Of a DNA stretch of 64,000 nt, positions 56,666-64,000 are shown in pieces. Source of the stretch: Leptospira biflexa (lineage in GTDB: Bacteria > Spirochaetota > Leptospiria > Turneriellales > DYLW01); contig DYLW01000001.1 in assembly GCA_020721865.1 (NCBI GenBank), forward strand, positions 13,563-77,562, read 5' to 3'. The translations under genes were made by a program, and so were the position numbers. Each line of letters opens with the position of its first letter. The first letter of the stretch is position 1. The notes under the pieces are model-generated. The model saw nothing but the letters and a program-made list of their open reading frames with translations. It was not told where the DNA came from and did no database searches.

Positions 56666-57295
56666 ATGGCACAGGTAATAAAACTTAATCCGCCCAATAT
56701 TTCAGAAGCAACCATCCGCAGCTTGAAAAAAGGAGATATTGTTTCCATAACCGGGACAATAATCACCGGCAGAGATGTTGCCCATAAATATCTGGAGGAT
56801 CATTTCATATCCAAAGACAAACCCACCGAATCGGAAATTCCGGTTCTGGAGGATCTGAAAAAATACACCCAAGGCGGGATTATTTACCACTGCGGGCCAG
56901 TAGTGGCAGAAAAAAACGGAGAGTATACGTTTCTGGCCGCCGGCCCCACCACGTCCATCCGCGAAGAGCCCTATGAATACGATGTGATGAAGCTTCTGGG
57001 ATTGCGGGGAGTCATTGGAAAGGGCGGCATGGGTCCCAAAACGCTCAAAGCCTGTGTGGATCTGGGCGGGGTCTATCTCCATGCCATTGGTGGTGCAGCC
57101 ACGTTAATTGCCCAGAATGTGAAAAAAGTGAAAGGGGTCATCAAAAAGGAATTTGGTACTCCAGAATCATTCTGGATCATTGAAGTGGAAGATTTTGAAA
57201 CCATTGTCACTATGGATTCCCACGGAGAGAGCCTGCATGATGTGATCCAGAAACAGAGTGAAAAGAAAATGCTGGAGCTTTTTGAAACACTTTGA
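56666..57295 (+). CDS. Fe-S hydro-lyase beta subunit (class I fumarate hydratase / tartrate dehydratase type)
   Basis: GDIVSITGTIITGRDVAHKYL, YHCGPV, GKGGMG and HAIGGAA blocks. AGGAGG lies upstream of the ATG. Confidence 0.85.
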   Translation: MAQVIKLNPPNISEATIRSLKKGDIVSITGTIITGRDVAHKYLEDHFISKDKPTESEIPVLEDLKKYTQGGIIYHCGPVVAEKNGEYTFLAAGPTTSIREEPYEYDVMKLLGLRGVIGKGGMGPKTLKACVDLGGVYLHAIGGAATLIAQNVKKVKGVIKKEFGTPESFWIIEVEDFETIVTMDSHGESLHDVIQKQSEKKMLELFETL

Positions 57296-58667
57296 GGGAT
57301 TCTCTCATACGGAAAAAGAAATTGAACAAATAAAAATCTGCATAGTTGGTACCGAGGTCATCAATGGTTTTGTCCTGGATACCAACTCCAGATTTTTTGC
57401 ATCCCGTCTCTACCAGATTGGGTATCGTGTTTCGGAAATACGCAAAATCCGGGATGATCCTGCCGATGTGCTTCGCTGCTGGGGGGAATTTTCATCGGAT
57501 AAAAAAACCCTGATCATCAACTCCGGAGGTCTGGGACCCACGGATGACGATCTGACTGTGGATCTGGCCGCCAAGTTCACCCAGGATGAAATCATTTTTC
57601 ATGATCCCACGGTTTCCCGCATCCGGCACTATCTCCAGTCCAGATACGCCAACGATCCGGAAAAACAATCGGAACGGTTTCTGGAACGTATTCTGAGACA
57701 GGCCCGCACATTAAAAAACGCACAAATTATCCGCAACCCCAAGGGATTCGCTCCCGGTTTATGGATTAAGAAAATTCCCTTCATCGCCCTGCCCGGCTTT
57801 CCCAAAGAAATTGAAGGGATGTGGGATGAGGTGGAGCAAATCATTGGGGATCTAAATATTCCCCGGTATGAAACCCATGTATTTCCCGTCTGGGGAATTC
57901 CGGAAAGTGAGCTGTATGACAAAATAACCATGCCGGAGGGGTTCATCCATGGCGTTCATGCCCTGTATTATGGTACAAAGTTATTTCTGCAATCGGAGAA
58001 ACCAGTGGCCGATCAACCGGAAATCCGGGAACAAAACGGCAAATATTCCGGCATAAAGAAAAATCAAACCATAGCCGATCTGGATAAACAATTAAAGAGC
58101 ACCTTCCCCGGATTGGTGACCAATAACCCTTTTGGGGAATTCATGGATTATTTAATGCGTAATCATCTGACCATCACCACCGCAGAAAGCTGTACCGGTG
58201 GATATATTGCCAATGAAATAACCAGCATTCCCGGTGCCTCCCGGGTTTTTCCGGGATCTCTGGTGGTGTACCATAACCTTTCCAAGGAAAAGCTCCTGGA
58301 TGTTCCTCCGGAAATTCTGGAAAAACAGGGAGCTGTGAGCGAAGAAACTGCTTTTTATATGAACCGGGGGCTGAAGACCAGATTTCCATCGGATTTCCGG
58401 GTGGCCGTGACCGGCATTGCCGGACCCGATGGGGGCACCAAAGAAAAACCGGTGGGTACGGTGTTCATTTCTATTGGTTTTGGGGACAATATTTACGTGG
58501 GCCGATTTTTATTCCCGTTTGGAAGGGATAATTTCAAAAAGGCTGTCCATTCGGCAGTTTTTCAGAATCTATATTTACGTTTCCTGTATTATACATCTGA
58601 TGAAGAATGGCTTTCTTCCACAAGCGGAGCCGGGTTTAAAAAAATCCCGGAATCTTTTGCTCCTTAG
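57258..58667 (+). CDS. cinA: CinA-family protein (MoCF-type N-domain plus C-terminal NMN amidohydrolase PncC domain)
   Basis: IVGTEVINGFVLDTNS.., SGGLGPTDDDLT and the C-terminal TTAESCTGGYIANEITSIPGAS. The start is uncertain: ATG 57258 overlaps the fumarase beta gene by 38 nt, and TTG 57282 is an alternative. Confidence 0.85.
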   Translation: MKRKCWSFLKHFEGFSHTEKEIEQIKICIVGTEVINGFVLDTNSRFFASRLYQIGYRVSEIRKIRDDPADVLRCWGEFSSDKKTLIINSGGLGPTDDDLTVDLAAKFTQDEIIFHDPTVSRIRHYLQSRYANDPEKQSERFLERILRQARTLKNAQIIRNPKGFAPGLWIKKIPFIALPGFPKEIEGMWDEVEQIIGDLNIPRYETHVFPVWGIPESELYDKITMPEGFIHGVHALYYGTKLFLQSEKPVADQPEIREQNGKYSGIKKNQTIADLDKQLKSTFPGLVTNNPFGEFMDYLMRNHLTITTAESCTGGYIANEITSIPGASRVFPGSLVVYHNLSKEKLLDVPPEILEKQGAVSEETAFYMNRGLKTRFPSDFRVAVTGIAGPDGGTKEKPVGTVFISIGFGDNIYVGRFLFPFGRDNFKKAVHSAVFQNLYLRFLYYTSDEEWLSSTSGAGFKKIPESFAP

Positions 58668-58718
58668 AAAAAAAGGTTTTCAACCTGAAAAACTATCCCA
58701 TCCTGCATCTGTCCAAAA

Positions 58719-59606
58719 ATGAAATCCTGGGTTATCATCATTTTCGTTTTATCTGTAGCCTGGATGGCAACAACCAGAGATGGAACACCTGCCAATATCA
58801 ATCTTTCCCCGGCGGAAAAAATAATCGGTAATAACGGGGTGATTACCACCTTAGCGATATCTCCCTCCGGGAAACTGATTGCTTACAGTTCAGACATCCG
58901 GGATGGGAAAGGAGACATTATTCTGTATAATCTCAGTACGCGTTCGGGAGAATACCTGACCTTTAATCCCGCGATTGACTCCCAGCCTGTTTTTTCACCG
59001 GACGAGAAATTTATTTATTATTTTTCCAAGAGAGATAATATTGGCGGGATTTTCCGGATTACACTGGAGAAACCTTATACGGTCATTAGAATTTCACCGG
59101 AACAATACTGGTGCGAATTCCCGGATGTTTCCAAAGATGGGAAAAAATTGGTATATTATTCTAAAAGAGATAATACATATCATCTTTACGAAATGGATTT
59201 GACCTCGAATACAGAGATGCGTTTAACGGACGATAATTTTTTTCACTTTGGAAGCCGTTACAGTTCGGATGGAAAATTCATTCTATATTACAGCAATGCA
59301 GAAGGAATATTTTCTGTTTTTTCCCTGAATAAAAAAACTAAGGAAAGAAAAAAAATAAATAAGCTTCCGGGGTTCAGTTTCCAACCTTCCCGGGATTTCC
59401 AGAATTCCTTTTATTTTGCTGTGAATAATCATTATCATGGGAATTATGATATTTTCCTCATTCCGTTCTCTGGAGAAGAAATACAAGCGACAAAATCTTT
59501 TGCGAATGATTTTTACCCCTTTGTGGATGAAAAAAACCGGATGCTTTATTTCATTTCCCAGAGAGAGGGCGAATATGGTATATACAGAAAAAAATTTTTA
59601 AAATAA
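58719..59606 (+). CDS. Secreted PD40 (TolB-like) beta-propeller protein without a TolB N-domain
   Basis: Signal peptide, then repeated blades (ISPSGKLIAYSSD, PVFSPDEKFIYYFSKRD, PDVSKDGKKLVYYSKRD, RYSSDGKFILYYSN, MLYFISQREGEYGIYR). Confidence 0.7.
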   Translation: MKSWVIIIFVLSVAWMATTRDGTPANINLSPAEKIIGNNGVITTLAISPSGKLIAYSSDIRDGKGDIILYNLSTRSGEYLTFNPAIDSQPVFSPDEKFIYYFSKRDNIGGIFRITLEKPYTVIRISPEQYWCEFPDVSKDGKKLVYYSKRDNTYHLYEMDLTSNTEMRLTDDNFFHFGSRYSSDGKFILYYSNAEGIFSVFSLNKKTKERKKINKLPGFSFQPSRDFQNSFYFAVNNHYHGNYDIFLIPFSGEEIQATKSFANDFYPFVDEKNRMLYFISQREGEYGIYRKKFLK

Positions 59607-59618
59607 CGGAGATTACCA

Positions 59619-62189
59619 ATGATACAGGGTGCACTGAAACTTGTTTTTGGCTCAAAATATGAAAGAGATATAAAAAAGATGAAACCGATTGTGGAGCGGG
59701 TTCGCTCCCATGAAGAAGCCATAAAAAAACTGAACGATTCCGCCCTTTTGGGAAAAACATCGGAATTTAAGGAAAGATATGGGAAAGGTGAATCTCTGGA
59801 TTCCCTCCTTCCGGAAGCATTTGCTGTCGTCCGGGAAGCATCGATCAGGACACTCAAGCTGAGACACTACGATGTCCAGATTATGGGGGGGATTGTTCTG
59901 CATTCCGGCTCCATTGCGGAAATGAAAACTGGAGAAGGGAAAACCCTTACCTCCACCCTGGCCATTTATCTGAATGCACTCACCGGTAAGGGCGTGCATG
60001 TGGTCACCGTCAATGATTATCTGGCAAAACGGGATGCCCAGTGGATGTCCCCCATTTATTCTTCTCTGGGGCTCACGGTAGGATCCATTGTCTCCAATAT
60101 GGATCACCGGGAGCGTCAGAGTTCCTATTCCAAAGACATAACCTATGGAACCAATAATGAATTCGGTTTTGATTACCTGCGGGATAATATGGTGGACCAC
60201 CGTTCGCAGATGGTACAGAGGGGGCATTATTTCGCTATTGTGGATGAAGTGGACTCCATTTTAATTGACGAAGCCAGAACTCCTCTCATCATCAGCGGCC
60301 CCACGGAAGAAAACACAGATATCTATCTAACCGTAAATAAAATCATCCCTCGATTAGAGGATAAAGTGGACTTTGAAATAGATGAAAAAGCCAGAAATAT
60401 TTTAATGACAGAAATGGGGGTTTCCAAAGCAGAAAAACTTCTGGGTCTGGAAAACCTGTATGATCCCAAGAATGTGGATAAAGTACACCATATCCACCAG
60501 GCACTCAAAGCACATTATCTTTTCGCAAGGGATAAGGATTATGTTGTCCAGAATAATGAAGTGATCATCGTGGATGAATTCACCGGACGGCTAATGGAAG
60601 GACGCCGTTATTCTGATGGACTGCACCAAGCTTTAGAGGCAAAAGAAAGAGTGGCCATTAAACAGGAAAACCAGACCCTGGCCACCATCACTTTCCAGAA
60701 CTACTTCCGTATGTATGAGAAACTTTCCGGAATGACGGGAACTGCGGATACAGAAGCGGTGGAATTCAAAAAAATCTATAATCTGGATGTTAAAGTTCTG
60801 CCCACCCATAATCCCATGATTCGGAAAGATAATCCGGATAAGGTTTACCGGACGGAAAAGGAGAAATTTAACGCTATTGCGGATCATGTAAAAGAATGCT
60901 ACCTGAAAGGACAGCCAGTGCTTTTAGGTACGGTTTCCATTGAGAATTCGGAAAAACTCGCCAAACTCCTGACCCAGAGGGGAATTCCTCACTCCATTCT
61001 AAACGCAAAATATCATGAAAAAGAAGCGGAAATCATTAAAGATGCCGGACAGAAACATAAGGTAACCATAGCCACCAACATGGCGGGGCGGGGTACAGAT
61101 ATTGTGTTAGGGGAAGGTGTCACGGATGTGGGAGGTCTGTTTGTTATCGGTTCCGAACGGCATGAAAGCCGGCGTATTGATAACCAGTTAAGAGGCCGCT
61201 CCGGAAGACAGGGGGATCCGGGGGCATCCACCTTTTATCTTTCGCTGGAAGATGATCTGATGCGCATCTTTGGTTCCGACCGGATTGGTCCCATTATGCA
61301 GAGACTGGGTATGCAGGAAGGGGAAGCCATTGAACACCGGATGGTTTCCAAAGCCATTGAAAGAGCCCAGAAAAGAGTGGAAAGCCATAACTTTGAGATC
61401 AGAAAACACCTTCTGGAATATGATGATGTTATGAACAAGCAGCGGGTTTTTATTTACGGCATCCGAAGCCGGATATTAACCCAGGAAACCATCCATGATA
61501 TGATCCAGGATTTTATCCGGGATATAATAGCAGAAAAAATAAACCTGTTTATCCCCGGCAAGAATGCAGCAAACTGGGATTTGGAAGGATTTTCTATCTG
61601 GTTTTCCGATATTTTCCAGAAAAACCTGTCCATAACAGAAGATACTCTCCATTCCATGAATCCCCAGGAAACCATGGATTTTTTTATCAACCATGGGCTG
61701 GAAGCATATAAAGCCAGGGAGGCAAGTGTCCCCCGTGGGACGTTCTCTATACTGGAAAGAATGGTTCTTCTGCAGGTATTGGATCAGAAATGGAAAGACC
61801 ATCTTTATGCCATGGACCATCTCAAAGAAGGCATCTGGACGATGGGTTATGCCCAGAAAGAACCTCTTGTGGAATACCGCATCCAAAGTTTTTCCCTTTT
61901 TGAGGAAATGGTGGCCATCATCAAAGAAGAGACTCTGGAATTTATTTTCCGGGCACAGATACGGGAGGAACTGGAAGAGGATGTTCCGGAAGAATTCCAT
62001 TTACAGGGAGAAGCCAATTATGTGCAAAGCGGGAGCCTGGGAGTAAGGGAAATCCAGCCATTGACATCACCCGTGACCATCCATAACGAGCGGTTCCAGC
62101 GAACAGGGAATCCCTCCGGGTCTTCTGTGGCCGCACAGAAAACCGCTGGTGGAGGTTCCCAGAGAAAAAGCACGCGAAGAAAAAGATAA
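59619..62189 (+). CDS. secA: Preprotein translocase ATPase SecA
   Basis: [10 protein letters not shown] (Walker A), [33 protein letters not shown] and [13 protein letters not shown]. The C-terminus is basic and lacks the Cys/His zinc motif. Confidence 0.95.
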   Translation: MIQGALKLVFGSKYERDIKKMKPIVERVRSHEEAIKKLNDSALLGKTSEFKERYGKGESLDSLLPEAFAVVREASIRTLKLRHYDVQIMGGIVLHSGSIAEMKTGEGKTLTSTLAIYLNALTGKGVHVVTVNDYLAKRDAQWMSPIYSSLGLTVGSIVSNMDHRERQSSYSKDITYGTNNEFGFDYLRDNMVDHRSQMVQRGHYFAIVDEVDSILIDEARTPLIISGPTEENTDIYLTVNKIIPRLEDKVDFEIDEKARNILMTEMGVSKAEKLLGLENLYDPKNVDKVHHIHQALKAHYLFARDKDYVVQNNEVIIVDEFTGRLMEGRRYSDGLHQALEAKERVAIKQENQTLATITFQNYFRMYEKLSGMTGTADTEAVEFKKIYNLDVKVLPTHNPMIRKDNPDKVYRTEKEKFNAIADHVKECYLKGQPVLLGTVSIENSEKLAKLLTQRGIPHSILNAKYHEKEAEIIKDAGQKHKVTIATNMAGRGTDIVLGEGVTDVGGLFVIGSERHESRRIDNQLRGRSGRQGDPGASTFYLSLEDDLMRIFGSDRIGPIMQRLGMQEGEAIEHRMVSKAIERAQKRVESHNFEIRKHLLEYDDVMNKQRVFIYGIRSRILTQETIHDMIQDFIRDIIAEKINLFIPGKNAANWDLEGFSIWFSDIFQKNLSITEDTLHSMNPQETMDFFINHGLEAYKAREASVPRGTFSILERMVLLQVLDQKWKDHLYAMDHLKEGIWTMGYAQKEPLVEYRIQSFSLFEEMVAIIKEETLEFIFRAQIREELEEDVPEEFHLQGEANYVQSGSLGVREIQPLTSPVTIHNERFQRTGNPSGSSVAAQKTAGGGSQRKSTRRKR

Positions 62190-62192
62190 AAA

Positions 62193-64000
62193 TTACAGGG
62201 AATCCAAAACGTTCCGGATTTCCTGGATTTCTTTTTCTGCCTGCTCTGCCTTTTGTCTTTCTGCATTCAAGAGTTCTTCCGGAGCATGGGTCGCAAAATC
62301 CGGGTTGTTCAGCTTCGCGTTTATTTTTTCCAGATAAGACTTTTTATTCTGGAATTCTTTATCCAGCTTGTTTTTTATTTTTTCCAGATCCACCAGATGG
62401 GCAATGTCCGCCACGACAAAACCATTCTTCAGGGTAATTTTATAACCCGTTTTCTGGATAGCTTCCCTGCTCCAGATAATTTTATCCGCTCCGGAAAGTT
62501 TCATAAGAGAATTCTGGAATTTCTCCAGAAAAATCAGTTCTTCCTCCACCGTATAAATATGTAGAGTGATTTTTTCTTTGGGCGGGATTCCCAGCTCTCC
62601 TTTCATATTCCGGGTTCGGTATATTATCTCCAGAAGCAGATCCACATGAATGGCCGATGTAAAATCCATATCCAAATATTGTTTCTCCGGCCAAGATGCA
62701 TTCATAATGGATTCATCCGGATACCAGTAAGAATGGAGTTCCTCCGTTATAAACGGCATCACTGGATGCAAAACCTTTAACATAGAAAGAAAAATGAAGT
62801 TGAGAATATGGAGAGTGGAACTTTCTTCTTCCGGGATATTTTTTTCTTTTTCTTCTGCAAGAGATAATTTTGCCAGCTCAATATAGTGGTCACATAAATA
62901 CTTCCAGGTAAAATCATAGGTCTCCCTTGCATAATCCCCAAAGCGGTATTGTCCAATGGCTTCCTGGACGTTATCCAGCATTGTATTGAAATGACTCAGA
63001 ATCCATAAATCTATCTCATTTAAGGAGTATTGCTTTTCCCGGATTTTATAATCCTCCGATTGGTTCATCCAGATAAAACGGGCGGTGTTCCATATTTTAT
63101 TGGCAAACGCAGAATAACCCTTGAGGCGGCTTTCATCATAGACGATGTCTTTTCCTTCCGGCATAATGCTCATCATAAAAAACCGGAATGCATCTGTCCC
63201 ATATTCCTGCATTTTTTCCAGAGGATCCACCACATTGCCCCTGGACTTGCTCATTTTTTTTCGTTCCGCATCCCGGACCAGACCATGGATAAAAACATCC
63301 TTGAACGGGATTTCTTTCTGAAAATGCAAACCAAACATGATCATTCTGGCCACCCAGAAGAAAATGATATCGAATCCGGTAACAAGAACGGAGGTGGGAT
63401 AAAACAAACCCAAATCAGGATTATTGTCTTCCCATTTTTCACCGGTGCTATCCTGGATTAACGTGGAAAATGGCCAGAGCCCGGAAGAGAACCAGGTATC
63501 CAGAACATCCTCATCCCTGCGGATATTTTTGGACCCACATTTTTCGCAAGCCAATGGGTTTTCTTCTTCTGTAACCATCACATGACCACAGTCATTGCAG
63601 TGGAAAGCCGGAATCCGATGTCCCCACCAGAGCTGCCGGGAAATACACCAGTCCTGGATATTCTCCATCCATTCAAAGTATGTATTTTCCCATCGGGAGG
63701 GGATAAATTTTATTTGTCCCTCTCTAACCGCGTCGATGGCTTTTCTTGCCAGTGGCTTGATATCCACAAACCACTGCAGGGATACAATCGGCTCCACCGC
63801 CGTATCACATCGGTAGCAATGCCCCACTCCGTGTTTGATTTCTTCTGTTTTTTCCAGAAATCCGGATTTCTCCAGCTCTTCCAGAATTTTTTTCCGAGCT
63901 TCTTCCCTGCTCAGGCCGACATACTGGAAACCCTTTTCGTTGATTTTCGCTTCATCGTCCATGATCCGGGTCACAGGAAGGTTATGCCTTTTTCCAATTT
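62193..64000 (-). CDS. valS: Valine--tRNA ligase, C-terminal ~600 aa (5' end outside the window)
   Basis: The frame is open to the window edge upstream of the ORF-track Met. KMSKSRGNVV motif, anticodon-binding domain and the C-terminal coiled coil typical of ValRS. Confidence 0.95.
   Translation of the reverse strand, partial: IGKRHNLPVTRIMDDEAKINEKGFQYVGLSREEARKKILEELEKSGFLEKTEEIKHGVGHCYRCDTAVEPIVSLQWFVDIKPLARKAIDAVREGQIKFIPSRWENTYFEWMENIQDWCISRQLWWGHRIPAFHCNDCGHVMVTEEENPLACEKCGSKNIRRDEDVLDTWFSSGLWPFSTLIQDSTGEKWEDNNPDLGLFYPTSVLVTGFDIIFFWVARMIMFGLHFQKEIPFKDVFIHGLVRDAERKKMSKSRGNVVDPLEKMQEYGTDAFRFFMMSIMPEGKDIVYDESRLKGYSAFANKIWNTARFIWMNQSEDYKIREKQYSLNEIDLWILSHFNTMLDNVQEAIGQYRFGDYARETYDFTWKYLCDHYIELAKLSLAEEKEKNIPEEESSTLHILNFIFLSMLKVLHPVMPFITEELHSYWYPDESIMNASWPEKQYLDMDFTSAIHVDLLLEIIYRTRNMKGELGIPPKEKITLHIYTVEEELIFLEKFQNSLMKLSGADKIIWSREAIQKTGYKITLKNGFVVADIAHLVDLEKIKNKLDKEFQNKKSYLEKINAKLNNPDFATHAPEELLNAERQKAEQAEKEIQEIRNVLDSL

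Noticed and set aside
62100-62189. SecA lacks the C-terminal Cys/His zinc-finger and ends in a basic [13 protein letters not shown] tail.
   Set aside because: This is a real observation, but many bacterial SecA proteins naturally lack the zinc-binding tail, so it is not unusual enough to flag.
1-64000. Search for tRNA, rRNA, CRISPR repeats, IS/transposase, integrase, toxin-antitoxin pairs or classical defence genes.
   Set aside because: No spacer is long enough for an rRNA or a CRISPR array. The two longest spacers (43338-43523, 55514-55747) lack tRNA hallmarks such as the GTTCGAATC T-arm. No ORF shows transposase, integrase, nuclease or defence-system motifs.

Overview
Gene-dense (about 95% coding), mostly housekeeping chromosomal segment from a diderm, probably anaerobic and motile bacterium; I cannot assign the lineage from sequence alone. 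I found no rRNA, tRNA, CRISPR array, IS element, integrase or phage genes. No intergenic gap exceeds about 235 bp. Recognisable core genes are folC, yidC-jag-mnmE, lysS-mtnA, acyP, waaA(kdtA), prfA, a SEDS protein, hisE, trkA-trkH, ddl, hisB-hisH-hisA, secG, a two-subunit Fe-S fumarase, cinA, secA and valS (3' part). Accessory content includes a four-gene beta-gamma-delta-alpha [NiFe] hydrogenase (sulfhydrogenase-like) and a divergent PhaR-like regulator. Signalling genes comprise two Cache-type chemoreceptors (one ending in a complete CZB zinc-binding motif), a Cache-HAMP class III adenylate cyclase, a HAMP-PP2C phosphatase and a STAS protein. There are many secreted or outer-membrane proteins of unknown function. 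The most unusual items are: (1) a secG-linked pair made of a disordered PD40 lipoprotein and a 984-aa fusion of metalloprotease, PD40 propeller and Omp85 barrel without POTRA domains. (2) Two large paralogous surface proteins translationally coupled to folC. (3) An ABC-like protein with every catalytic motif degenerate, coupled to an MCE/MlaD protein with no permease, inside the trk operon. (4) A [NiFe] large subunit that stops exactly at the His of DPCxxCxxH. (5) Convergent genes that almost always overlap or abut, twice sharing a palindromic TTAA double stop. Many ORF-track starts were trimmed to internal starts where the long version ran into the upstream gene. All domain calls are by-eye motif recognition and need HMM or structure confirmation.
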